DNA of 64,000 nt from Candidatus Poribacteria bacterium (GTDB lineage: Bacteria > Poribacteria > WGA-4E > WGA-3G), in contig JAJEJA010000009.1 in NCBI GenBank assembly GCA_022828145.1, forward strand, positions 31,254 to 95,253, in the 5' to 3' direction. The notes below the pieces were generated by a model. That model had not been told where the DNA came from and made no database searches. It worked only from the letters and a program-made list of their open reading frames with translations. Below, in pieces: positions 18,795-29,197 of this stretch; the stretch's first letter is position 1; each line of letters opens with the position of its first letter. The position numbers and the translations under genes are program-made.

Positions 18795-19610
18795 TCAGAC
18801 AAAAGGCCAGAACCGATCCCAAGCAGTCATCCAATCCTTTGCGTGAATTTCAACAGTCAACGGACCGGTGATTTCAACACCTGTTCTTCCCTTAAAGTCT
18901 GAAAGTTTTTCAACATTGGAAACTTCAATCTTGATAGTTGTGGGTTGACTTGGCACATAAGGACGCACCTTGTCTAATTCTTTGAGTGCTTTTTCTGTAG
19001 CAGCTTCAATCATATCTCTTGCACGTGCTGGTGGAATTTGCCTTGCGCTGTATCTACTAAGGCCTTTTTTGACGGCTATAGTTGGGAGTGTGTCACCTAA
19101 AAGTTCTTTCGCTTCTCGGCAGACCGCGGAATCACCAGTAACCAACGCGATAGGCACACCGTAGTGACCATTAAGTGCTGCATTGACACCAGTCTCTCCA
19201 ACAAGATCATCGTTAAACCAAAGGTTTCTATATTGGACTGTAGAAATAGTGTGGCACAGCACACCGTCAGGGGTACCGTTGCGTGCATGCATGCCAATCA
19301 ACAAACATGCATCACAACCCGTTTGCCACATCTCATCATATCGCCCCCAACCATGATGTGCTACCCATTCACAATCGGGATGTATTTTCTCTGGGATAAG
19401 GGAATTAAATGTCCAACCTTTTCCTGCACCGTGGCAATCTACGACTACGATCTCATCTGCTCCAGCAGCCTTTGCACCCCGCACAGCAGCGTTGATCTCT
19501 TCTGTATACAAACTTCTGCACTCCTCAAACATCGCAGCACCACCTTCAACCTGATCCCAAACGACTATACCGCTAACACCTTCCATGTCAGACATGATCA
19601 ATACACGCAT
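18795..19610 (-). CDS. Peptidase M55 family D-aminopeptidase (DppA-like)
   Basis: 271 aa with the N-terminal MRVLIMSDMEGVSGIV motif typical of M55. Confidence 0.7.
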   Translation of the reverse strand: MRVLIMSDMEGVSGIVVWDQVEGGAAMFEECRSLYTEEINAAVRGAKAAGADEIVVVDCHGAGKGWTFNSLIPEKIHPDCEWVAHHGWGRYDEMWQTGCDACLLIGMHARNGTPDGVLCHTISTVQYRNLWFNDDLVGETGVNAALNGHYGVPIALVTGDSAVCREAKELLGDTLPTIAVKKGLSRYSARQIPPARARDMIEAATEKALKELDKVRPYVPSQPTTIKIEVSNVEKLSDFKGRTGVEITGPLTVEIHAKDWMTAWDRFWPFV

Positions 19611-19761
19611 AACATCAATTCCACCTTATTCTATACATTCTGTTTTGTGCTGAGTATAGACCAAACCGCGTTAATAAGCAAGGTTAAATTGAGCCGGTAT
19701 AGTCTTCTGTTAATGACGTTACACAATATACACATCTATAAAGGTTAGAAGAAAAACTGGT

Positions 19762-21126
19762 ATGAATAAAACTCGTGAGGATTTAACAGAGGGAAGCATA
19801 CTAAAACATCTGTTTAGACTTGCTATACCGATAACATTCGGATATATTCTTCAAGATGCATTTAACATTGTTGATATGATCTTTGTAGGTAGATTGGGAC
19901 CTGCTGCAATTTCCGCCGTGGGTGTGAGTGGAAACCTGTTGCGTTTGGTAGGTGTGTTCTCTCTCGGTATCTCAACAGGTGCTGGGATTATGGTGGCACA
20001 ATATCTTGGAGCAAGAAACTTTGCACAAGCTGGACATGTGGCAAATCAAGCGATCATATTAGCTTTCATCTTCGCAATTGGGATAGGAATTTTAGGATAT
20101 CCTTTAGCTGAATTTGGCATTCGGACATTGAGAATTGATGACCCTGACATAATACAGCTCGGAACCACTTACATGCATATTATTCTCGTCGGAATCAGCA
20201 CAATGTTCTTATCCATGACACTCGGTTCAATCTTTCGTGCTGGCGGCGATGCTGTCACACCGATGATAGTATTGGTCTTCTCAACCCCTATCAACATCGT
20301 GCTTGATCCGTTGTTGATATTCGGTTTATGGGGTTTTCCTGAACTTGGCGTAGCAGGTTCTGCGTATGCTACACTCATCGGTAGAGGTATCGGTGTTCTT
20401 ATACTCTTATTCCTATGCTGGCGTGGACGAGCACCCATCTCATTTCGACACGTGCAGTATAGACCAGACCTGGTTGAAATGCTTGACATTTTTAGGTTAG
20501 GCATATATAGTTCAATGCAAGGTTTCTGGCGTCATGTGTCACGATTAGGTTTCTTATGGGTAATAGGTCCGTATGGTAAGTTCGCTGTCGCAGCATATAC
20601 ACTCTGTATGCGTTTACGTATATTAGCAATGAATCCTGGATTCGGTGTAGCAAACGCTGTTGCACCAGTTGTTGCTCAGAATTTAGGTGCAAGGAACATA
20701 GAAAGAGCCGAAAAAACAACTCACATAGGTAACCTTTTAGGCACATCGCTTATGACGGGAATAGGTATAATATTTCTGCTATTCCCACAGACGTTTCTTA
20801 GCGTATTCACTGATGATGGGGAAGTGATTAAAATTGGAAAAGCTTTTCTACAATGTTTATCACTAACATTCGGATTTATCGCTTTCTCCTTAGTTCTGGG
20901 TAAAGCACTGAATGGGGCAGGTGATACATTATCACCCATGTTAATTACACTCGCCGCACAACTGGGAGTCGGTTTAGGACTTGTAATTCTATTGTCTAAT
21001 TTTCTCGGTATAATCGGAATCTGGATCGGAATTGCTCTCTCAAATGTTGTCCAAGGCGGCGTCATGTGGCTTTGGTATCGTACGGGTAAATGGAAAACTA
21101 TTAACGTGATTAAAAAAGGTAGATGA
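19762..21126 (+). CDS. MATE-family multidrug/sodium efflux transporter
   Basis: 454 aa and 12-TM, with a NorM-like N-terminus. Confidence 0.8.
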   Translation: MNKTREDLTEGSILKHLFRLAIPITFGYILQDAFNIVDMIFVGRLGPAAISAVGVSGNLLRLVGVFSLGISTGAGIMVAQYLGARNFAQAGHVANQAIILAFIFAIGIGILGYPLAEFGIRTLRIDDPDIIQLGTTYMHIILVGISTMFLSMTLGSIFRAGGDAVTPMIVLVFSTPINIVLDPLLIFGLWGFPELGVAGSAYATLIGRGIGVLILLFLCWRGRAPISFRHVQYRPDLVEMLDIFRLGIYSSMQGFWRHVSRLGFLWVIGPYGKFAVAAYTLCMRLRILAMNPGFGVANAVAPVVAQNLGARNIERAEKTTHIGNLLGTSLMTGIGIIFLLFPQTFLSVFTDDGEVIKIGKAFLQCLSLTFGFIAFSLVLGKALNGAGDTLSPMLITLAAQLGVGLGLVILLSNFLGIIGIWIGIALSNVVQGGVMWLWYRTGKWKTINVIKKGR

Positions 21127-21155
21127 ATTACTACCAGAAAGGAAATTGTATTAAT

Positions 21156-21986
21156 ATGGACAAGGGTTTTGAGAATCCCCAACTCGTTATCACAGTTGAC
21201 GAGTTGATGAACAATCTTGATGATAAAAATATCTGTATAGTTGATACACGTCCAACACATGAATATTTAAATGGACATATTCCAGGTGCATTACATTTGG
21301 ATTTATTCGGTTTAAGCCTTATCAATACAACCCAAGAGATGTTTGATGCATTTATGTGGATGATAGCATATCTGTTTCAACAACGCGGTATTGATCCTAC
21401 AAAGACAATCATCTGGTATGAGGATATATCGGGAACACGCGCATCCCGTGGACTCTGGTTCTGTGAGTATCTCGGAATTATGAAGACGCGTCTACTGGAT
21501 GGTGGTTACAAAGCCTGGTTAGCTGCGGACGGACCTGTAAGCACAGAGGGGGTTGTACCACCTGCAGTTGCACCGTTCACAGGAGAACCACAGAAACATT
21601 TGCATCTAAGTGCTGATTCAATTCATGAACAATTGAATCAGGACGACTTCATTCGATTGGATACACGCACCGCTGATGAACACTACGGCAGAGTCGCTCG
21701 GGCTGAACGCGCGGGTGCGATTCCCGGTTCTATACATATTGAATGGCTCAACAATCTTGACGAGAATGGTGCTTTTAAACCAGCACATGAACTCCGGGAA
21801 TTGTATGAACCGGTCGGTATCACACCGGAAAAGCAGATAATGTGTTACTGACAGGGAGGATACCGTTCTTCCCAAACCTACTTAGCGTTACGCTTATTAG
21901 GTTATCCGAATGTAAGTAATTACATCGGATCATGGAAAGAATGGGGAGACCGGCTGGATTTGCCGGTTGAAATACCAACGTCATAG
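21156..21986 (+). CDS. Two-domain rhodanese-like sulfurtransferase with an in-frame TGA (21849-21851) at the catalytic Cys position. Candidate selenoprotein, or otherwise a nonsense pseudogene
   Basis: Upstream ORF ends ...[11 protein letters not shown]. The same frame continues [44 protein letters not shown] to a TAG at 21984. The stop aligns with the Cys of the rhodanese active-site loop C-x-x-G-x-R (IMCY[U]QGGYRS versus IVVYCRSGRRS). An alternative start is ATG 21123. Confidence 0.6.
21854..21873 (+). promoter_or_regulatory. Hairpin 2 nt downstream of the in-frame UGA, a candidate bacterial SECIS-like element
   Basis: GGGAGG-AUACCGUU-CUUCCC: a 6-bp stem with one G-U pair and an 8-nt loop containing GU. 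The apical loop lies about +12 to +19 from the UGA. Confidence 0.3.
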
Positions 21987-21993
21987 ATTCTAA

Positions 21994-22031
21994 ACGTATA
22001 AGGTGCGGTCCGTCTTTCGCACTTTATACGT
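21994..22031. terminator. Bidirectional terminator-like hairpin between convergent genes
   Basis: acgtataaggtgcg / cgcactttatacgt, a 14-bp stem with one mismatch and a 10-nt loop. Confidence 0.45.
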
Positions 22032-22035
22032 CAAT

Positions 22036-22773
22036 CTACTGAAAACTGGAAACCGAAAACTTACATATCTTTGCCACTTCTATTGGGCGCTCGTGGGGTA
22101 AGTAATGTCCAGAACTAGGGATCCATCTTATATGTATACTCGGATTAGATGGAATCCGCAACAATTCCTCTGTTGATTCATGCCTGCCCAATTCACCGTA
22201 AACTTCATAAATAGGTATTTTTGCATTTTCAAGAAAAGTCCAACCATCGAATTCCCTGACAGAACCCCAGAAACTATCCCAAACTCTTTCTATAAAACGT
22301 TCCCTTGTCATACCTGCTTTCCACTGTATCTCTTTGATTTTCTCGTGAGATAATGAACCGTAAAATCGACCTGTATCAAATGCAGTTCTTGTAACGGATA
22401 GGCTTGTCCATCCTTCAAGCAAAACCAAGGCTGCAACACGCGCATCCCGTCTTGCTGCTTCCGTAGCAACCATCCCACCGAGACTGTGTCCCACCAGAAC
22501 TATCTCCTGCATCTCTAAAGCATAGATAAGGTTTAGCACATCATCCGCAAGACAGTCTATTGTGAAAGGTTCAATTGGCGCGGGACTCCGTCCATGTCCC
22601 CGGAAATCAAGTGTTATGTAACGTTGTTCCATCGGCAATTCCGATATGACAAGATCCCAATCGGCTGAATCACATCCTGTACCATGCAGAAATAGCAATG
22701 GAACACCTGATCCTTCCGAATCGTAAAAAAACATCTCACCCCAGAATCGTGTAAGTGTTGCCGATTTCGTCAT
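22036..22773 (-). CDS. Alpha/beta-fold hydrolase
   Basis: 245 aa with the HGTGCDSADW and GHSLGGMVA nucleophile-elbow motifs. Confidence 0.7.
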   Translation of the reverse strand: MTKSATLTRFWGEMFFYDSEGSGVPLLFLHGTGCDSADWDLVISELPMEQRYITLDFRGHGRSPAPIEPFTIDCLADDVLNLIYALEMQEIVLVGHSLGGMVATEAARRDARVAALVLLEGWTSLSVTRTAFDTGRFYGSLSHEKIKEIQWKAGMTRERFIERVWDSFWGSVREFDGWTFLENAKIPIYEVYGELGRHESTEELLRIPSNPSIHIRWIPSSGHYLPHERPIEVAKICKFSVSSFQ

Positions 22774-22784
22774 AACATTTCAAC

Positions 22785-23996
22785 TCAGTTAAGAAACTGC
22801 GCTTCTATCCTTTCTCCTGCACTTAACGTTACACCAGAAGGAATTGTGATGAGACCGTTTGCCAATACAAGGGAATGAAGTATTCCCGATCCTTGGGGAC
22901 CCGTCGTTTTCGCAACGTATTCACCATTCTCTTTGGAGATAATAGCACGCATATAATTCACACGTCCATCGCTGTTCGTAACATCAGTCGTGAGAACCGC
23001 TTCAAAGGTTGGACGTAAGAGTTCAGTGTGTCCAGCCATTTTCAGAAGTGCTGGACGAACAAACAACTCAAAAACAACAAGCGATGACACAGGGTTACCA
23101 GGTAAACCAAAAATGGGTTTGTCATCAATAAACCCGTAGACTTGCGGTTTACCAGGTTTCATTGCAACTCGCCAAAAGTGCATCTTTCCTAACTTGGTCA
23201 ACACATTTCTAACGACATCATGTTCACCGACAGAAACCCCACCACTTGTTATCAGGGCATCCGCCTGTGAAAGTGATTTCAAGAAGATCTGTTCTGTCTT
23301 ATCTGCATCGTCGGGTGCAATACCCATATCTATAGGTATCCCACCAGCATTCTGAACCTGTGCGTAGAGACCGTAACGATTGCTATCGCGTATCTTACCC
23401 GGTTTCAGTGTTTCGCCAATAGGCATGAGTTCATCACCCGTTGAGACGATTGCTACTTTAGGTTTACGATATACTTCTACCGACGCACAATTGAGCGACG
23501 CCATCATGGATATTTCAGGTGGATGCAGGATCTTTCCATTTGACATGACACAATCTTTCACCTTAACGCTTTCACCAGTGAAGCGTACGTTTTCAGATTT
23601 ATCAACACTTTCAAAGATCTGTACAGTATCGCCATCAAACTCAGTTACTTCCTGCATAACAACTGCGTTTGCCCCGTCTGGCATCATCGCTCCTGTCATT
23701 ATACGTGCCGCACTCCCGGATGATACCTTTTTTTTTGGTGCAAATCCAGCAGCGATAGTTTCCACGACCGATAAGACAATTGGATTCTCTTTAGATGCAG
23801 CCTTTACATCTGATGATATAACAGCAAACCCATCCATCGCTGAATTATCAAAAGGTGGGATATTATCAGAGGCATAAAGATCCTCTGCCAGAACATAACC
23901 TGAACATTCAAGTATCTCTCTCTGTTCTGTTTGTAAGACATCAATTGTGTCTAACATCTGTTGCCGTGCTGCTTCAACACTAAGCATAAAATTCAC
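22785..23996 (-). CDS. moeA: Molybdopterin molybdotransferase
   Basis: 403 aa with the MoeA/gephyrin-E domain organisation and the SGGVSVGEHD motif. Confidence 0.8.
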   Translation of the reverse strand: MNFMLSVEAARQQMLDTIDVLQTEQREILECSGYVLAEDLYASDNIPPFDNSAMDGFAVISSDVKAASKENPIVLSVVETIAAGFAPKKKVSSGSAARIMTGAMMPDGANAVVMQEVTEFDGDTVQIFESVDKSENVRFTGESVKVKDCVMSNGKILHPPEISMMASLNCASVEVYRKPKVAIVSTGDELMPIGETLKPGKIRDSNRYGLYAQVQNAGGIPIDMGIAPDDADKTEQIFLKSLSQADALITSGGVSVGEHDVVRNVLTKLGKMHFWRVAMKPGKPQVYGFIDDKPIFGLPGNPVSSLVVFELFVRPALLKMAGHTELLRPTFEAVLTTDVTNSDGRVNYMRAIISKENGEYVAKTTGPQGSGILHSLVLANGLITIPSGVTLSAGERIEAQFLN

Positions 23997-24027
23997 TCCA
24001 ATCAGTTTAAATCATCATATCCTCAAA

Positions 24028-24522
24028 CTACTTTGCATGACCCATGAGAAGCACCGCGGCAGGTAAGGACGTTTCTGAGCTCTCTTGAAATGCCCAATGA
24101 ATAGACGTTATATCTGTGTTAGATGCTAACATCTTGTAGGGTAGGGACCACGCTTTGAGTGTCGGTTCCAGGAAAGTTGCTACTGAGTCAACCCATTTTC
24201 CATTCTCATCTCTATTGTGATAACCACGATATCCGATAAACACAACAACCGGTATTTTCATGTTGTAAACAGTGCCGCGAAATGCATCACCCGATTCAAG
24301 GAAACCGGTATTTTGTATTATAATCACAGGTTTTTTGTCACCGACAAACAACCCCGCAGCCAACGCAAATGCTTCACCTTCCCGGCTTACAGTGATGACT
24401 TCAATATCCGGTTCTTTACGCAACCGTTCATATATCTGTGCACTACCGTTATCCGGAACACCAATTGCATGCGTAATATTCTGTTGTTTGAGTGCTTCAA
24501 CTATTTTTTGAGATGAAACCAC
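24028..24522 (-). CDS. Stand-alone TPP-enzyme N-terminal (pyrimidine-binding) domain protein, sulfopyruvate/phosphonopyruvate decarboxylase alpha-subunit-like
   Basis: 164 aa; IGVPDNG...REGEAFALAAGLFVGDKKPVIIIQNTGFLESGDA resembles ComD-type alpha subunits. No beta subunit is adjacent. Confidence 0.45.
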   Translation of the reverse strand: MVSSQKIVEALKQQNITHAIGVPDNGSAQIYERLRKEPDIEVITVSREGEAFALAAGLFVGDKKPVIIIQNTGFLESGDAFRGTVYNMKIPVVVFIGYRGYHNRDENGKWVDSVATFLEPTLKAWSLPYKMLASNTDITSIHWAFQESSETSLPAAVLLMGHAK

Positions 24523-24557
24523 AAAATGTCCCCATTGATTGATGTGCTGCTATGCCC

Positions 24558-26501
24558 TTACTTTCTACCTTCAACTAAGGCGTCAACAACGGATGGATCA
24601 GCAAGTGTAGACGTATCACCAAGATCCGATACGTCACCCTCTGCAATGTTACGTAATATTCGTCGCATGATTTTACCCGAACGCGTCTTCGGTAAAGCAG
24701 GCGTAAATTGGATTTTGTCCGGCGTTGCGATAGGTCCAATATGCTGTCTGACAGCCTGTTTTATACCTGTTTCTACATCCTCTGAAGCAGTTTCACCTGT
24801 CATAAGTGTTACGTAAGCATAGATACCTTGGCCTTTAATATCGTGTGTATAACCGACAACCGCAGCTTCGGCAACTGCGGCATGTTGTCCAATCGCGCCT
24901 TCAACTTCTGCGGTGCCTAATCTATGTCCTGAGACATTCAAGACATCATCCACGCGTCCTGTGATCCAGTAATAGCCATCTTCATCTCGCAAAACACCGT
25001 CTCCTGTCATGTAATAACCGGGAAACCTTTTGAAATAGACATCAATGAAACGTTCATGGTCACCATATACAGTGCGCATAATACCGGGCCACGCATATTT
25101 AATACAGAGATAACCGGTAGCCGGATTACCAGCCACTTCATTACCTTCCTCATCTAAGATCACCGGTTCAATGCCAAAAAACGGGAAGGTGGCTGAACCA
25201 GGTTTCAACGTGGTCGCTGCAGGGAGAGGCGTAATCAGAATACCACCGGTTTCAGTCTGCCACCAGGTATCAACAATCGGACAACGTTTCTCTCCAACAA
25301 CGTTATAGTACCACAACCATTCCGGTTCTTTTATCGGTTCACCGACAGTGCCTAATAGTCTGAGTGTAGACCTATCATATTTTTCTACCCATGTATCACC
25401 TTCTTTCATCAATGCACGTAATGCCGTAGGTGCAGTGTAGAATAGGTTGATTTTGTGTTTCTCTACCACCTGCCAGAAGCGGCCATAATCAGGATAGTTT
25501 GGGACACCTTCAAACATCACAGTGATTGCACGATTAGCAAGCGGTCCGTATATGATATATGAATGACCCGTAATCCACCCAATATCTGCCGTGCACCAGT
25601 AAACATCCCCCTGATGATAATCGAAAATCTGCTGATGCGTATACGATGTATAGACGAGATACCCGCCAGTCGTATGGAGAACACCCTTCGGTTTACCTGT
25701 AGAACCCGATGTATAGAGAATAAAGAGCGGATCCTCAGCATTCATTTTCTCAGGTTCACATTCTGTTCCAGCGTCAGCCATAGCTTCGTGCCACCATACA
25801 TCCCGTGAAGAATCAAGGTCTACTGTGTCCCCTGTCCGTTTTACAACGACAACGGACTCAATTGAAGGACAATCAACGACTGCCGCGTCAGCGTTTGCTT
25901 TCATTGGAATATCACTTCTTGCACCACGCATTGCAGTATCTTGTGTGATTAACATTTTACATTCGGAGTCATTGATTCTATCCCGAAGAGATTCAGCAGA
26001 GAATGCACCAAAAACGATAGAGTGAATCGCACCAATTCTTGCACAAGCCAACATCGCGACCGCTAATTCCGGGATCATCTGTAAATAGATACAGACACGA
26101 TCACCTTTTACGATACCGTTAGATTTCAGCACATTGGAAAACTTTTTTACCTCCACAAGAAGTTCGTTAAATGTATATTGCTGATCTTCCTGAGGGTCAT
26201 TTCCTTCCCAAATGATTGCCGTTTCCTCTCCATGTCCGTTTTCAACGTGCCTATCAACACAGTTATAGCAAGCGTTCAGTGTGCCCCCTTCAAACCATTT
26301 AATCTGTGCTTTGACAAAATCGTAGTCACTTACAGTATGCCACTTCTGATACCACGTCAACCGCTCAGCGATCTGTGCCCAAAATGTGTCTGGGTCTTTA
26401 ACCGATTCAGCATACAATTCTTGATATGCTTCTAAGCTGCTGACGTGTGCGTTCTCTATTGGATATGATGTCTCCGATGGTGGGAAAATGTTGTCTGCCA
26501 T
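24558..26501 (-). CDS. acs: Acetyl-coenzyme A synthetase (AMP-forming)
   Basis: 647 aa with Acs-typical motifs ([19 protein letters not shown] and a C-terminal [11 protein letters not shown]). Confidence 0.9.
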   Translation of the reverse strand: MADNIFPPSETSYPIENAHVSSLEAYQELYAESVKDPDTFWAQIAERLTWYQKWHTVSDYDFVKAQIKWFEGGTLNACYNCVDRHVENGHGEETAIIWEGNDPQEDQQYTFNELLVEVKKFSNVLKSNGIVKGDRVCIYLQMIPELAVAMLACARIGAIHSIVFGAFSAESLRDRINDSECKMLITQDTAMRGARSDIPMKANADAAVVDCPSIESVVVVKRTGDTVDLDSSRDVWWHEAMADAGTECEPEKMNAEDPLFILYTSGSTGKPKGVLHTTGGYLVYTSYTHQQIFDYHQGDVYWCTADIGWITGHSYIIYGPLANRAITVMFEGVPNYPDYGRFWQVVEKHKINLFYTAPTALRALMKEGDTWVEKYDRSTLRLLGTVGEPIKEPEWLWYYNVVGEKRCPIVDTWWQTETGGILITPLPAATTLKPGSATFPFFGIEPVILDEEGNEVAGNPATGYLCIKYAWPGIMRTVYGDHERFIDVYFKRFPGYYMTGDGVLRDEDGYYWITGRVDDVLNVSGHRLGTAEVEGAIGQHAAVAEAAVVGYTHDIKGQGIYAYVTLMTGETASEDVETGIKQAVRQHIGPIATPDKIQFTPALPKTRSGKIMRRILRNIAEGDVSDLGDTSTLADPSVVDALVEGRK

Positions 26502-26619
26502 TTTTCTCTCCTATTATAAAACAATCCATAACTAAATTTAATCATATTCTTCTTACAAGCATTCTATCCTAATTATGCGATTTTGTCAACAATTGAATCA
26601 CATGAATCTGTCATTATTC

Positions 26620-26648
26620 TTGACAGTAATGTTGCAGTATGGTATACT
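26620..26648 (+). promoter_or_regulatory. Sigma70-type promoter for the membrane-protein gene at 26695
   Basis: TTGACA, 17-nt spacer, TATACT. Confidence 0.55.
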
Positions 26649-26694
26649 TTTAACTATCAATTAACTGGCAATCATCTGATGTCTTGGAGTTGAA

Positions 26695-27240
26695 ATGTTA
26701 TCAAAAAATCGTATACTATTAATTCCTTTCCAAATTGCTATAGGTGTTGTTGTTGTTCTGTCTGGACTTCTCGTATACCTGTTTGTTGTTAAGAAGTTTA
26801 TTTGGGAAGTACTTATCGCAGAAAGCATAACACACGGTTTTTGGGTAGCACTGTTGTTGATACTCTCAATGGGAATTACTTACGGATTTATGGTTGTTGG
26901 AACAACTGAGGGTATAAGATACATCGGACGAAAATTCAACCTTGAAGTTCCGTTCAAGCCAGTTTGTTCAGGTGCTTTCTTAGGCGCACCCGCTGTCGTC
27001 GGATTAGTAGCACTATTGAATGTACCCTGGGGGATCTTTGGCAATCAGAATATAATTGTCAATATGATTGTCCCTATCCTTGCTCTAATATCTTACATTC
27101 TGTCATTACCGATTCGCGGTTGGTTCCTGATCGGGTTACCTATTGAGATATTGTATCTCTTAGCAATTCCCGTCGGTGCCATCATTGGTTACATAATATC
27201 AAAGAAAGAAGTATCAGTGATTGAGCATTCTGAGGAATAA
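26695..27240 (+). CDS. Hypothetical integral membrane protein (4-5 TM)
   Basis: 181-aa hydrophobic ORF with its own consensus promoter. Confidence 0.5.
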   Translation: MLSKNRILLIPFQIAIGVVVVLSGLLVYLFVVKKFIWEVLIAESITHGFWVALLLILSMGITYGFMVVGTTEGIRYIGRKFNLEVPFKPVCSGAFLGAPAVVGLVALLNVPWGIFGNQNIIVNMIVPILALISYILSLPIRGWFLIGLPIEILYLLAIPVGAIIGYIISKKEVSVIEHSEE

Positions 27241-27374
27241 TCTGTCTCTTGTATATTTGTACTCAGTCTTTTCTGTAGGCATTCCCCTCCTACAGAATGC
27301 ATGTATAATTAATTGTATATTTTACCGTAATTAACTCTCACGAAACGCTTGTAGGTTGGAGGTTTGACCAACGC

Positions 27375-28781
27375 ATGCAGTTTGATAAACCTAAAGATGA
27401 ATGCGGAGTTTTCGGTGTATTTGGACACCCAAGAGCTGTTGAATTAACTTATCTGGGTTTACGTGCACTACAACATAGAGGTCAGGAAAGTAGTGGTATC
27501 GTTGTCTCTGATGGTGAAAGACTATCATCTCATCACGGCATGGGTCTCGTGGATGCTGTATTTAATTCTGAAGTCTTAGGTAAATTATCTGGAGACATCG
27601 CCATCGGACATAACAGATACTCAACAGCAGGAGCAAGCACCCTTGAGAATGCACAACCTTTGTTACGAAACTATAAGCATGGTGAGCTTGCACTCGGACA
27701 TAATGGCAACTTGGTCAACGCACCAGAGATTAGAAAACACCTTGAAAATGGCGGTTCAATTTTCAGTACCAGTTTAGATACTGAGGTCGTTTTTCATCTT
27801 ATCGCCAGGTCTAAACAGCATAGTTTGGAAGACAGGATATTCGATGCATTTCGTGCAGTGGATGGTGCATTTTCTATCGTCGTAATGGACAAAACGACGC
27901 TTATGGGAGCACGGGACCCACACGGTTTTCGTCCTTTGTGGATTGGAAAACTCGGGGATGCTTATGTACTCGCTTCTGAAACTTGTGCACTTGATGTTAT
28001 TGAGGCAACGCCAATACGAGAAGTAGAACCAGGGGAATTAGTTATCTTTCGTTCCAAATTCCTGGGATTAGAATCTTTCCATTTCTCATCACCAAACGAT
28101 AAATTATCACAATGTATCTTTGAATTCATATATCTGGCACGACCAGATGGCATGATGTTTGGACAAGGTGTTAATAGCACTCGCAGAGAATTCGGAAAGC
28201 AACTTGCACGAGAACACCCCGTCAAAGCCGATGTCGTTATTCCTGTACCAGATTCTGCAACAATTGCCGCACTCGGATACGCAGAGGAATCTGGCATACC
28301 TTTTGACCTCGGTCTATCAAGAAATACTTATGTTGGACGATCATTCATGAACCCAACGCAAGATATACGCGAACTGATGGTTAAAGTCAAACAGAACCCT
28401 ATACGAGAAGTACTTCAAGGTAAAAGGGTTATCATGGTTGATGATTCTATCATGCGAGGCACGAATAGCAGAAAACTTGTAAAAATTGTCCGACAGGGTG
28501 GCGCAACTGCAGTCCATGTCCGGATAGCATCTCCACCAAACAAATATCCCTGTTTCTACGGTGTGGATACACCGACAAGAGCAGAATTAATTGCAAGTAA
28601 ACACACTACTGAAGAAATACGAAAATATATAAGGGCAGATAGTTTAGGATATGTCAGTATAGACGGCATGTTAAAAGCAGTGAAAGCACCAGACAATTTC
28701 TGCACATCATGTTTTGATGGAAGTTATCCAATTACTCTAAATGAACGTATCCCGCGTCAATTGCCATTAATTGTAAACTAA
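27375..28781 (+). CDS. purF: Amidophosphoribosyltransferase
   Basis: 468 aa. The N-terminal M..CGVFGVFG motif marks a Ntn glutamine amidotransferase, followed by a C-terminal PRTase domain. Confidence 0.9.
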   Translation: MQFDKPKDECGVFGVFGHPRAVELTYLGLRALQHRGQESSGIVVSDGERLSSHHGMGLVDAVFNSEVLGKLSGDIAIGHNRYSTAGASTLENAQPLLRNYKHGELALGHNGNLVNAPEIRKHLENGGSIFSTSLDTEVVFHLIARSKQHSLEDRIFDAFRAVDGAFSIVVMDKTTLMGARDPHGFRPLWIGKLGDAYVLASETCALDVIEATPIREVEPGELVIFRSKFLGLESFHFSSPNDKLSQCIFEFIYLARPDGMMFGQGVNSTRREFGKQLAREHPVKADVVIPVPDSATIAALGYAEESGIPFDLGLSRNTYVGRSFMNPTQDIRELMVKVKQNPIREVLQGKRVIMVDDSIMRGTNSRKLVKIVRQGGATAVHVRIASPPNKYPCFYGVDTPTRAELIASKHTTEEIRKYIRADSLGYVSIDGMLKAVKAPDNFCTSCFDGSYPITLNERIPRQLPLIVN

Positions 28782-28784
28782 CTT

Positions 28785-28846
28785 AATAGTAGTAGGCATA
28801 CTCCGTGTGCTGTTCTCTTAATAGTAGTAGGCATACTCCGTGTGCT
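28785..28846. repeat. Repeat family B (AATAGTAGTAGGCAtACTCCGTGTGCt hairpin) x2 immediately after the purF stop
   Basis: Two direct copies at 28785-28811 and 28820-28846. The same family recurs at 49441 and three times at 54265-54365. Confidence 0.8.
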
Positions 28847-28856
28847 ATCCTCAACT

Positions 28857-29189
28857 ATGTCAAATCGTCGATTATCACCAGAATCAAGAAAAGAAAACCG
28901 TAATACTATCAAGAAGTCTCTTAGCACTGTCCAAGGGGCTTCTACACTAAAGATAGTGCTAATATATTCGGTCCTCGGTCTAATCCTAAATTGGGTACTG
29001 CCTACACTGATTCTTGGTGTAAGACCACAAATTCCTAAAGATCAGGCTGAGGTTTGGGGAACTACGATTGCTATGGCTATAACAGGTATATTATTGGTTG
29101 TTACTTTAGTGAAGGATATAATAATGCGTAAGCCTTCTCGACCACATGATAAAAATTCCACCACCCATGATAGAAAGGAAAAAGGTTAG
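28857..29189 (+). CDS. Small hypothetical membrane protein
   Basis: ORF MSNRRLSPESRK... with 2 TM helices. Its start was placed after the B repeats; the track ORF starts inside the repeat at 28842. Confidence 0.4.
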   Translation: MSNRRLSPESRKENRNTIKKSLSTVQGASTLKIVLIYSVLGLILNWVLPTLILGVRPQIPKDQAEVWGTTIAMAITGILLVVTLVKDIIMRKPSRPHDKNSTTHDRKEKG

Positions 29190-29197
29190 AGCATCTT

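Noticed and set aside
21123-21851. Treating the rhodanese as two separate genes, or as a frameshifted pseudogene
   Set aside because: The downstream segment is in the same frame as the upstream ORF. The only lesion is a single in-frame TGA at the catalytic Cys. It was therefore called a Sec candidate or point nonsense mutation rather than a frameshift.
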